The notes under the pieces: generated by a model
Database searches by the model: none
What the model was told of the DNA's origin: nothing
What the model saw: the letters and a program-made list of their open reading frames with translations, nothing else
NCBI GenBank assembly: GCA_964016885.1
Contig: OZ024740.1
Span: 240,684,001-240,748,000, forward strand
Source of the DNA: Eledone cirrhosa
Lineage: Eukaryota
Direction: 5' to 3'
Length of the DNA: 64,000 bases
Part shown: piece by piece, positions 13,497-25,100 of the stretch
How positions within the stretch are numbered: the stretch's first letter is position 1
Layout: each line of letters starts with the position of its first letter
Made by a program: the position numbers and the translations under genes

Positions 13497-13990
13497 GATC
13501 AGTAGGCATCTCTATCAACCCCCCCCCCCCCCCCGTCCCACCACCTCCACCCCATCCACACCGCCCCTTTCAATGTACAGTTATGTTGGTCCCACAACAT
13601 CCAGGCCGAAACAAATGAGATCGTGTAGGTGTCACGACAAAAAACACACAGTCCACGCTGTAAATGTGGCCGTGTAGGCAACACGGTAAAAACCTCCCAG
13701 CCCCACACTGTAAATGTGGTTGGTGTTAGGAAGGGCATCCAGCTGTAGAAAACCCACCAGACAGTCCACGCTGTAATGTGGCCGTGTAGGCAACACGGTA
13801 AAAACCTCCCAGCCCCACACTGTAAATGTGGTTGGTGTTAGGAAGGGCATCCAACTGTAGAAAACCCGCCAGACAGTCCTATGCGAGCAAGACAACCACT
13901 CTTGCCTCAAGTGGGAAAACCCCCGTCCAAACCCATGCAAGCGTGGAACACGGACGCTAAACCTGATGATGATGATGATGATGATGATGA
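13497..13990 (+). mobile_element. Non-autonomous RTE-related element with internal ~113-bp tandem duplication, nested in a TTAA MITE
   Basis: GGTGTTAGGAAGGGCATCCA core occurs twice; (ATG)n tail; shorter relative at 53640-53871. Confidence 0.8.
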
Positions 13991-14940
13991 GTGGCCTGTT
14001 ATGGCCAGTTTGAACAGAAATAGTTGAGAGAATTCTGGCCAGATACGGCCGGTTTAAATGCTAAAGGGTTAAAGCTGTGTCAAAAATTGTATAGCAATGA
14101 ACTAGATACTCAATGACATCTGGTTTACTGTTGTACATGTCAACATCTGAATTCCAATTCTAACATAAGAAATAGCATAACATACTGAAGCAACAAATTA
14201 GTCATCTTATATCCCACTATCCAACAAAAAGTAACTTGTTACTGGGTAAAAGTACTCATTTTTTGTATCATTATTTACACCCATGAGTGTTAAAGATTCT
14301 GGTCAAATTACAATCATATCATAATTTACTCATGTTGTTAATGTATCACATGACCATCACAGTTTCTTAATCTTCATGCATATCTGGAGAGTAAATGGGA
14401 AACCACTGTGAAGAGAATTTCTTAACCACACACATTGTGAGAAATAGATTATTATAAAAATGCTTTTTGAGGGATGGGGTAGAATCAATTTAATGCTATT
14501 AAAAATTAGAATCTAATTCTCATATGCATCATATCCCAACTATGGGTTAAATAGCTTCACCAATCCATAATTGACCAAGCATGGTGAGTACGGCTACACC
14601 CCTGACATGACCAAAAGCACTGCATGTCATGTACTGAGGAGCTGTCAGCAAAGTGAGAGTAGGAAATGAGTTTAGTGTGGAATTCAAGGTACAAGTAGGT
14701 GTTCATCAAGGTTCAGTTCTTAGCCCACTACTATTTATTATAGTTCTCTCAGTTTTTCTCTCTTGTGTTCTATTCACATCATCTCTCTTTATACTTTCGC
14801 TCTTTCTTTTCTAGCAGTTTGGCAAATAAAGATCAACCATCATCATCATCATTTTACGTCCGCTTTTCCCTGCTTGCAAGGGTTGGACGGGTCCTATTCA
14901 GCACAGCATCTCTCCACTTGTCACGGTCCTTCGTCATATA

Positions 14941-15263
14941 CAGTAAGGAGAGACGGACATAGATATGTTTGGTAAAAGACTAAATAACACATTATTTAGT
15001 GCCCTACCAAACATAGTAGTGAAGAGAATATTGATGTGGGTATCCGTTGAAAAGCACCACCCAATAATTCTCCTCACTGAATTTTGCGAAACAGTTCTAC
15101 CCATAAACTGCCAGGGTACATGATAGTTATCATGGTAAATTCATTTTTCTCAATTTATCCTTTTGATTGGGTTCTGTGAACCATAATATTTTAGTCAATA
15201 TTTTCTTTACCCTGGCGATTTGAATACACATAGTTATATAGCTGTGTTCGTCTCTCCTTACTG
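14941..15263. mobile_element. Tc1/mariner-pogo-type MITE
   Basis: ~26-bp TIR CAGTAAGGAGAGACGrACAyAG, TA on both sides. Confidence 0.85.
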
Positions 15264-15435
15264 TATTATAAGGCTTGGAAAAATTTTTCTCCTTGAGCTA
15301 TTTTATTTTCAGGGGACTTTTATGAGTTTTTAACTCAATATATACTTTTGATATATATATATATATATACAAGCTCAGATATGCCCTGTCATACGTAGAT
15401 ATTCTTGCCTAGGAACTTAACTATACTAGTTTCAG

Positions 15436-15623
15436 CGTATTGGATTGGCAGTATCGGTAGAGGGTCGGACGCCATGCTTTCAGCATAGTTACGTCCCTTT
15501 ACGATCTGAGTTCAAATCCCGCCGAGGTTGACTTTGCCTTTCATCCTTACGGGGTCGATAAAATAAAGTACCAGTAATGCACTGGGTAATTGCTGGCCTT
15601 GTGCCTAAAGTAGAAACAATTAT
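15436..15623 (+). mobile_element. tRNA-derived SINE family A with Nin/Deu-like core
   Basis: TGGCAGTATCGG A box, GTTCAAATCC B box, GCCTTTCATCCTTACGGGGTCGATAAAATAAAGTACC core; at least 8 copies in the window. Confidence 0.88.
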
Positions 15624-16656
15624 ATTTCTATTACCTATATTAAAATATGGGTGACCAAAATGTAGACTATCTTATCATTTGCTTGTAAACTATATTGAAT
15701 TATTGAAACACTATTAATAGCTGTGTGCTTGCTTACTCATTGCTTTATTGTATGATGATTTTTATTTTTTTTTATTTTTATTTACAAATAGATATTCAAT
15801 TAGTAAAACAGGTTTTATATAAAGCCAGGTAATTTTATATTCTTTCTCAAAGTTCATGAAATCAAAGTTGAATGTGTTTGGGGTTCTGTACACCAGAGAG
15901 TATTCTCCTACACTGTCCAGGCTCATATCATTGGGTATTATTTGAGTATTATTTCTCAGTTTTGTTGTATTTGTAATCGGTTATGCTTCACAGCAGTACA
16001 AGAATAATCAAGATTTCTTCTACACTATGGCATCATAGAAAAATATATTGTGTAATCATGACCACAGTCTAATGACCGAAACCAGTAAAAGAGTAAGCAG
16101 TATACCTTTCAGAAAGGGATTACACCTATTAAACCAATGTTCAGTGAAGTTTCAGCTTTCCTAATACTCCTTCCTCAGCAACTAATTAGTGTAAATACTA
16201 TACAAGCTTCAATGTAACTATATGACAAAAATAGGATGTTGGTTTAGTGGTAGACAAATAAAATAAGTGTTTCTTTGCTTTTTATCTTTATGATACCCCA
16301 CCATTTTTATTGTACTTGAGTGTAATTACAATAAACAAAATTGAACTGAATTTTGAATAAATAACTACCAGAAAAATGTTGATCTGGAAAACCTACTAAA
16401 TAATAAAAGTAATACTAAAAATGAATGAAAAAGGAACCTTCAGGTCACTTACCCCAAATTCATATACTTCATTACTATTACTGCCCGCCCAGCCAGTGGG
16501 ATGGCGTTATCTTATGGCTAAAACAGCACGACGTGCTGTGACCAGCAGCCCGACAGACTGGTCGGTCAAGGTGATCAAGGTGATATAAGTATAATGATAG
16601 TTGGGGACAATAGACTAGTTAATATACCACAAATAGAAGCTAAATGATTACATAGA

Positions 16657-19600
16657 TCATCATCATCATCATCATCACCGTTTTACGTCCGTTCTTCCAC
16701 GCTAGCATGGGTTAGACGGGTTGTCCTGTTGTGGGCAGTGTCTGGTCGGCTGACCATGCCTTGCTCATACAGGAACTGATTTGGCTTGATTTCTACAGCT
16801 GGATGCCCTTCCTAACACCAACCTCATTTACAGTGAGTGCTGGGTGCTTTTTCGTGACGCCTACACGTCCACTTTACAGTGTGGGCTGGGTGCTTTTTTG
16901 CCGTGGCACCTCCACGACCACCTTGCGGTGGGGGGTGTGGGGGCATATTGTCTATATGCTTCAGCTTGTACCCATGGGAGGTCGGGTACTCTGTATTACT
17001 GCGTGACGCCAGAAGTCACGGTCGTGTGTCATTGTCTTTGAGAGGTGTAATTGGGTAAGGTCGGCTTTTATCACCTCATCCCAGGTCATCTTGGGTCTCC
17101 CCACTCCGCGGTTTCCATCAACTTCTAGTGCTCTGCACCTTTTTATGCAGCTGTCATCCTTCATACGCATCACATGTCCATACCAGCGCAACCGCCTCTC
17201 CTGCACACAGCATTTGATTCCTCTTATGCTCAGTCTCTCTCTCAATTCATTTATGCTTTGTCGTTCACGTATATTATTGTTACACATCCATCGGAGCATG
17301 CAGGCTTCGTTTCTCTCTAATCTACGTAAGTCTTCCACCTTCAGCGCCCAGGTCTCGCTACCATGCAACATCGCTGTTCGGATACACGCATCATACAGTC
17401 TGCCTTTCATTCTGAGGGAGAAGCCTTTTGCAGCTAGCAGTGGTAGTAGTTCCCTAAACTTCTTCCATCCCGTTCTTACCCTAGTTATTGCACTTTCTGA
17501 ACACCCACCTCCGTTGCTAATTCGGTCACCTAGGTAGCAGAAGCTGTCTACTGTTTCTACAGGGCCCTCCCAGAGATTGGTGGTACTTGTTTCCTGTGGC
17601 TGTTTGCTGTTTGCTGTCTCAGCACAGCTGCTGCATGTGAATCCTACATTCTTAATTAAGCTTCCTGAGATCCCGCTACATCTCTTGTGTACCCATTGTT
17701 TGCATTTGGGGCAGAGAATGGAGTTCCTACCTACACCTTTCCTACATACTGAGCAAGGCCATTTCCCTGAGGGGATCTGGGTTCTGTTTTCTCGTCTACT
17801 TACAAGGACCTTAGTCTTTGTCATGTTGACTTTGAGACCCTTTCTTTCTAGTCCCTGCTTCCAGGTTTGGAATTTATTCTCTAGTTCTACCATAGATTCA
17901 GCTATGAGTGCGAGGTCATCAGCATACAGGAGTTCCCATGGGCATCCGGTCTTAAACTCCTCCGTTATTGCCTGCAGGACTATGATGAACAGGAGAGGGC
18001 TAAGAACAGAGCCCTGGTGGACCCCAACCTGTACGCTAAATTCCTCGCTATACTCATTGCTAATCCTAACTTTGCTGACTGCTCCCCTATACATGGCTTG
18101 TACCGCTTTCACAAGCCATTCATCTACTCCTAGTTTTCTAAGAGCCCACCAGATTACAGCACGTGGAACTCTGTCAAAGGCTTTCTCAAGGTCGACAAAT
18201 GCCAAGTAGAGTGGCTTACTTTTAGCTAGGTACTTTTCCTGTAATTGCCTCACAAGGAAGAGGGCATCAGTGGTGCCTCTTCCTGGTACAAACCCAAATT
18301 GCATCTCGTCTATTTTCACCCGGTCCCTAATCAGCTGTGCTATAACTCTTTCTGTTACTTTCATGACCTGGTCCATCAACTTTATACCTCTATAGTTTCC
18401 TCTATCTAGTGCATCGCCTTTACCTTTGTAGCAGTTGACAATGATGCTACTGCACCAATCTTTTGGTATGGCCCCTTCTAGTATTACCTGGTTAACGATA
18501 CGTGTGGTTATAGTGTGACCTACAGACCCAGATGCCTTCAGCATCTCGGCAGCTATACCCGATGGACCGGTTGCCTTCCCCATCTTCATATCTTTGATTG
18601 CCTTACTTACTACGCTGCCACTGACTTGTACTGCTGGTCTCTCTATAGGGTCTACTTGGGGTAGGGTCTCTTCTTCCCATGCATTCTCCTCATTTAGTAA
18701 TCTATCATAATGACTCTTCCATGCATCTTTCTTCTCAGCACTTGTGAGGGCAAGCTCACCTTTATCATTCCGGATACACTTCTCTCCAATGACATCACAA
18801 CTATCTCTGACACACTGCCTCGCAATCTTGAATACCTCCTGTTTCTGGTCCTCACGTTGTAAAACATGCTTGAATTTTCTATCCTCTGCTTCCCTCCTAG
18901 CTAAGTATACTTGTCGCCTAGCTTCCCTCTTGGTCTCTATGTAATGTACCCTGCTCCCCCCGTTCTTCCATTCTTTCCATGCCTGTCTCTTGGCCTTGAC
19001 TGCTTCATCTACCTTATTATTCCACCACCAAGTCACTCTTCTCCTGCTTGAGGTCTTACTCCAGCCACAGACCTCATCCGTCGCCTCTAGTAAATTATTT
19101 TTTAGGAACTCCCAGTTCTCTTCTACATTAAATGTCTCTATCTGTTCTTCTTTACTGTCGTAGGCGTTGAGTAAAATATCTTTAAATCTGTTACTGGTTG
19201 AGGGGACTTTCAGCTTCCAGATCTTTCTTCTCCAGGTTGGCCTCTGTTTCCGGGTTCATCTAGTTCTGTCCGTGAGGTCGCTGACAACTAAGCTATGTTG
19301 GGATGTACATTCCTCACTAGGGAAGGCTTTTGTGTTTACGACCGTCCATCTGTCACATCCTCTGATGAGGATAAAATCTAACTGACTAGAGTGCTCCCCT
19401 GATCTATAGGTGATCAGGTGGTTGTCGGGTTTTTTAAAGTTTGTGTTACATATCGACATATCATTGGCGTCGCAGAATTCTAGAAGTCTGAATCCTTCCT
19501 CATTCCTTGTGCCAACCCCATGGCCTCCATGTACTCTATTGAAGCCGTCGCAGTGTTTACCTACGTGTCCGTTAAAATCTCCTGCGATGATTAGGAAGTC

Positions 19601-20046
19601 CTTGTCGTCTGTTAGAGCAGTAGTGTGTATTAGGGACTCGTAAAACCTATCCTTAAGTTCCTCTGGCATCTCCGATTGGGTAATTGTTTTATTCAGGACT
19701 AGTCTGAGTTTAATGATTCTTGCGTTTATCCTGTACATTGAGATTACTTTATCTACCCACTTGTCAGCTAGTAGTATACCTACACCACCCATCCCATCGT
19801 CATTTCCCACCCAGAAAAATTTGTAGCACCGACTTTTTCCTACGAGGACTCTGGCAGACTCTCCTCTCCATCTTGTCTCTTGCACACAGCATACGTCAAT
19901 TTCCTTTCGCTCTAGCATTTCTACGATTTCTCCTGCTCTTCCTTTCATTGAGCCTACATTGATGGTACCAACTCGGAGTTTTGGGCATTTGTCGACACTC
20001 GTAGGGGAGGGTCTCTGGGTTGGCGCTTCACGTGGGTGCTTGGTAG
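16657..20046 (-). mobile_element. Near full-length RTE-clade LINE (family 1): APE endonuclease + RT + PHD finger
   Basis: ORFs 19256-19948 and 16961-19036 share one frame, split by a single TGA. LRVGTINV, VQETRW, AGDFNGHVG, DLEKAFD, QGSVLSP and YADD motifs; ~300-nt 3' UTR; (ATG)n tail. Confidence 0.95.
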
Positions 20047-21360
20047 ATATGATATTAAACTACCAGCATCCAAATTATAAATTGAAATAATCATTCACAA
20101 AATACTTTATCTTAAATTCCTTTGGTTCACCCAGCTGTTGGAAATAGGTGAGAATATTACCTAAGATAGGCAGGTATCTTACCTAAGAAGAAACTTGTCT
20201 CTTATTTGCATTATATCATAAAACTAGAGGTAAACAGTAAGCCTTTAAAATCCCCCAGAAAGTAAGGCAACATATACGGTTCTTTCTACATAAAGAATAC
20301 ACAGCATCACAATTAGGATACAATACTAGAGTATACATAGCAATATTTAACATATTCAACTTTTGATTTCAAGAACTTAGACAAGCAATATAAAAATAAC
20401 CGGGATAAATCTAAAACATGTTTTAATAGCTGAATATCATAGAAAAATATAATCGCTGTGCAACATAGTAGCAAGTATGTATATAGCTATTAATAGTTTT
20501 ATTTGATACATTTTAAAAATAACTCAATATAGTCGATAAGCAATTAGATACGATCTTATGATGATGATGAAGCCTACATTTTAGTCACTTAAATCCTGCA
20601 ATGATTTAGCAGAGAATATTCTAATGTGTTTGTTAATTCTGATGCTTGTAGTATCTTTACCAGTAAATAGATATTTGTGAAAATTTGCAATAAACTAAAG
20701 TAAAGACTACAACTTTTAATGTAATGCGTTATTTTATATTTTTCAGGAATATCTTATTAATGTGGTTTCACGTGGTACAGGACGTTAAGAGTTACTATGG
20801 ATGAAGAAAATGTGGTAGCCTGTTGTAACAAGGCATATCTGAACTGCAATATATTTATTGTATTGACAACTATAGAAAATGAATGGTTTGGTCTCCCATC
20901 GATGCCTCACCAGCTAGACCATGACAAAAAGTACCAAGTCCACCCTCTAAGTGTCAGGGTTATGATCAAATGCTCCCAGTACATGCTGTAAAGTGGTTGG
21001 TGTTTGGAAATGTATCCAGCCGTAGAACTAAAACTATACCGATAAACACATCTATGATTGTGAAGGGAAGGGTCGTGGGTTGGACAGGGGAGTTTCACCA
21101 GAGGAACTTTCCACACTGGTGTGAGTTGAGTTGAGCAAGGAAGAGGTGGAAAAGGGTATGAATGGTGAGGGCACTAAAGAGGAAGGGAACATGAGCTGGG
21201 CAAGGGAAGTGAATTGAAGAAGGTTCACTCTAGCTTTCCATGTTAGCCTAGGTTGGATGAGGAAAGTGGAGAAGGGCATGAGTGTGAAGGGAGGAGGAAA
21301 TCAGACGGGGAAATTGGGGGTACAATAGCATGAATCCTAACTCAAGCTGTAGCATGTATA

Positions 21361-21556
21361 CAAAGGTCAGCTGAAAAGTTAATAGGCTGACTATGAAGTA
21401 TTAATGTTAGAGCTGTGAAACTTTACATGCATTAATTTCAACTTTTCTTATTAATAACTGCATCGTTTCTTTCCAGGGACTATGTTTAAAAATAAACCTC
21501 ATTTGGTCATTCCATGAGTATCTTGGCCAGGCTATGAACTTTTCAGCTGAGACTCG
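21361..21556. mobile_element. Mariner-like MITE
   Basis: Imperfect TIRs ...TCAGCTGAAAAGTT / AACTTTTCAGCTGA..., TA flanks. Confidence 0.7.
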
Positions 21557-24469
21557 TATATGCTATGAATCCAGTGAATCGTACGAGATATTTTCATTTT
21601 CTTTATTCAAGATCTATCAATGATACCCAGAACCACCTCTTGCTCTTTATTCTATTCTTTCCTTTCTGGTGAACGACTAATGTGTTAAACGTTGAAGACT
21701 CATTTAAGTGTTAAACTAATAAAATTCATTATAGTGTTTATTTTTATATTTTTTACAGTAATAACCCCAATTAAAAGGTTTTACTGTTGTTATTTAATAA
21801 CAATACTTAAGCGCCGTTATTTTAAACCATACATTTATTCATGTGGTTGTTTAGGTACCGTTTGTTTACAAAGGACAAAAAAAAAGGAATTATCGATGTG
21901 TGTGTTGGGGGTGGAGGAAGCTATCAATCTTCAGTTTTAAAATGAAGTTCACGACCTACATTTAAATCATCATTTTTGTTTCATGATTACAAAAGATGTT
22001 ATATTCGAATTTAAATGATTGTATAAAATATATACATTTTGATACTCATTTGCCGGTGCGATTATTTCAGTCAAATTCTCGACCTTTCGGGTTTATATTT
22101 ATTAGTCAATGAGTGGGGAAACATGCCCATCACAAGAACATTAGTTTGTTAAAAATAGCAAAGGGCGGTACAATCGTGGGCTATCATCGGAGCTAAAAAA
22201 AAAAAAAACCACTCGGCACATAAAACGACAGAAACCCATTATTTGGGAAGACTGTCTATATTATATCGATCATCTGGTTATGATTTTCGGTTGTAAACAT
22301 TTCACTCCCTGTCTAAATAATGCATTTCTAGAGTTGTAAGGTATGAATTGAGGTCGATTTGACAGCTATTTTTAGCAGGTTATGTTTCCCATTCGTTTAC
22401 CGATAAACCAAATCCCGAAAAGCCAAAATATTGACTGAATTAATGCACCAGCGAATGAGAAAAATTATAACATATATAAGAATAAATTTATGAGATTAGT
22501 AACACTATAAAGTTTTAGAAATAGATGTGATTAAAAAAATTAAATTGACTCATCAAATTGCTTTTCTTGTCAAGTGAGTTAACTATTAGCATGACAAAAG
22601 AAAAACAGTGTTACACTATATGAAATTGTTTATTTTATTCGAATTACATTTATTTGAATTTAAATCAATTGAAGCGAACACAACTTGGGAAAAGTTCAAG
22701 ACTTTAAAAGGCAAAAAGGTGTAAAGAAAAATTAAAATATTAACTTACGGGAGGAGCAGCTCAAAACGAACATTCATTCATGTCGCGAATTACATTTGCG
22801 TATAATCGGTGACAAGTGGAAATATTCCTTTGTTAAAATATTCCGCATAGACAATTTTAAAAAACTTGAAATATACTTTCATATTTTGTTTGTTTGCTTG
22901 TTAACATATTGGGTCAGGACTAGCAATGTTCTCTTCGAGCAGCTTTAGTAGAGTTACCTGGCACTGGGAATATTCTAAAATAAAATCAATAAGCGGAGTC
23001 ATGCGAATCCATAAAAGTTCAAGTTGTTTTTGTATTTTTTTTTACCTTATTCCTATAGTTGTCGTCATCATCATCATCGCCGTATTAATGTCAGCTTTTC
23101 CTGCCAACAAGGGTTAGGCGGCTCTACAAGTCAGTACTGAAGCGGAGCTACTGATCTACCAGACAGACCACGGGTCTGTGTCTCCCTTATGTACCGTCTC
23201 ACGTTCCACCAAGTTCTTTGACACAACTGAGGGTCCTCCCAACCCTTTATTCCGCAAGATTTCTACGACTGGATGCCCTTCCTATGACCACCACTTCATA
23301 ACGTGTACTGGGTGTGTTTATCAGGTAGATCACCGACACTAAGGAGGTTGTCATGTCCTTGACATGACTGAGGGGTACTTACAGCTCTTTGTTTGGCTAG
23401 CTTTCTTCAGCTGGGTACCTTTCCTATCACCAACCATTTCATAGGGAGCCATCTGCTAGGAATGTGGGTGTGGGTGGGTGGGGGGGGGGGGGGGTCACGG
23501 GAGCGTATAGTGATGTTGAGAATAGCTGTTAGTGAGTGCTTGTGAATGGGGAGCACATGGGAATAGGTCAGGTCACATTGCATGCTGCACATCGGGTCTT
23601 CTTCAACACCGCATAGCGCCAGTTCTCGCGGTTTTTACTATTTTCTGTTGAGAGGTTTAGTTTTTTAAGGTCGGTCTTCAAAACCTCATCCCATGTCTTT
23701 CTGGGTCTGCCTCTTCTATGGGTCCCAGTCAGCGGGGTTTTCTGCATATATTTATGCAACTATTATCTTCCATGTGCATTACATGTCCATTCCAGTGCAG
23801 TCTTCTTTTTTCTAAATCACCTCTGATCCAACAAAATTATGGCACGCAGCTAGATGACCAAACAACTAGGCATGACAAGCAAATCTGCTGTTCCAGATAT
23901 ATCATGCTACCACATAAGACTAAATCAGAAATGGAAAAAGGTTTTCGGAACTAGGGGTGCGCAAAGGTCCATGAAATTGGGGTTGGGGAAGGAGGATGTA
24001 GACATTATAGCCCCCCACCACCTCAGCCCTGAAAACAGAAAACTATGGGAATGCCATCGCCCTGTGTTTCCTACGTCCCATTTCCTATCGTACATTCTTT
24101 CCCTAACAGTATAGCATACAAACATGCAAAATGAATGCAATAATAGTAGTATAACAATGATAGCACAACTCCAAAAAACGAATTGGTTTGATTACACTAG
24201 TTAATCAAGAACTGTGTCTAACATTGTTTATTGTTCTTTAAAGAGTTCAGCCATTGGAGCTGTAGTTATGAGTAACTGGATTTGCCTGCCCATCACAGCA
24301 AATAAACTAAGTAGTCTTCCTAAATTAGGTATTAGAATGGAGTGCATAATTGGGTAGAGTTAGTCTAATGCATTAAATACTCAGGTACTGGCTCTGCATG
24401 TGATAGTTTTGTTCTACAATTCTCATTACTAAATAACAAGCTCGTGAATTACACTCAGCAATCATAGTC

Positions 24470-25100
24470 AACCAACAAGACCTGGAAGAAGTCGATCACT
24501 TCACCTATCTGGACAGCATCATGGCAAACAATGGCGATGCGGAGTTCAACATCAACTGTCGGATCGGCAAAGGAGCCGCAGTTTACCAGCGGATGCGCCC
24601 AGTTTGCTTGTCTTCATGCATTAACACCAGGACCAAGCTGCATCTGTATAAGAGCATTTTGCTACCGACAGTACTTTACACGAGCGGAACCTAGAAGAGC
24701 ACGACAAAGATAGAGAGACGGCTGAACGCATTCCACCAGCGGTACCTTCGAATGATCCTTGCTGTGTCCTGGCGTGACCGAGTGCGAAACGAGGAAATCC
24801 TGCGGAGAGCCGAGCCGTGGACGCTGCAGAGGGTGGTCACGGAGTGCCAGTGCCGTCTGGCTGGCCATATCCTGCATCTGCCCAACGAACGACACTCGAA
24901 AACAATGATGAACTGGACTCCACCTGGCGGCAAACAGAAACGGAGTTGCCCTAGGATCACTTGGCGACGACCGTTCCAAAAAGACCTGATGGCTGCCAAC
25001 ATCACTTGGCACGGACACGAAAAAGCCGCCGCTGCTCGTGATCGTTGGCGACTACTTACTGCTCGATGCGCCGAAAGGCGCACAAGAACCTAAGAAAGAA
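24470..25100 (+). mobile_element. 5'-truncated RTE-like LINE 3' end (no-PHD type)
   Basis: LEEVDHFTYL, ILAVSWRDRVRNEEIL, GHILHLPNER, WTPPGGKQKR and AARDRWR motifs. Confidence 0.85.

Noticed and set aside
15436-15530. tRNA genes suggested by A/B boxes
   Set aside because: No cloverleaf; they continue into a shared SINE body repeated many times.
17091-18209. Long + strand ORFs (148 and 210 aa), and similar ones at 7338 and 54992
   Set aside because: Antisense shadows of RT or ERCC6 coding sequence with no recognisable motifs.
20747-20991. Possible extra + strand exon or small gene (acceptor at 20746, ORF 20797-20991)
   Set aside because: No recognisable protein, no clear donor, and the ORF runs into a decayed repeat.
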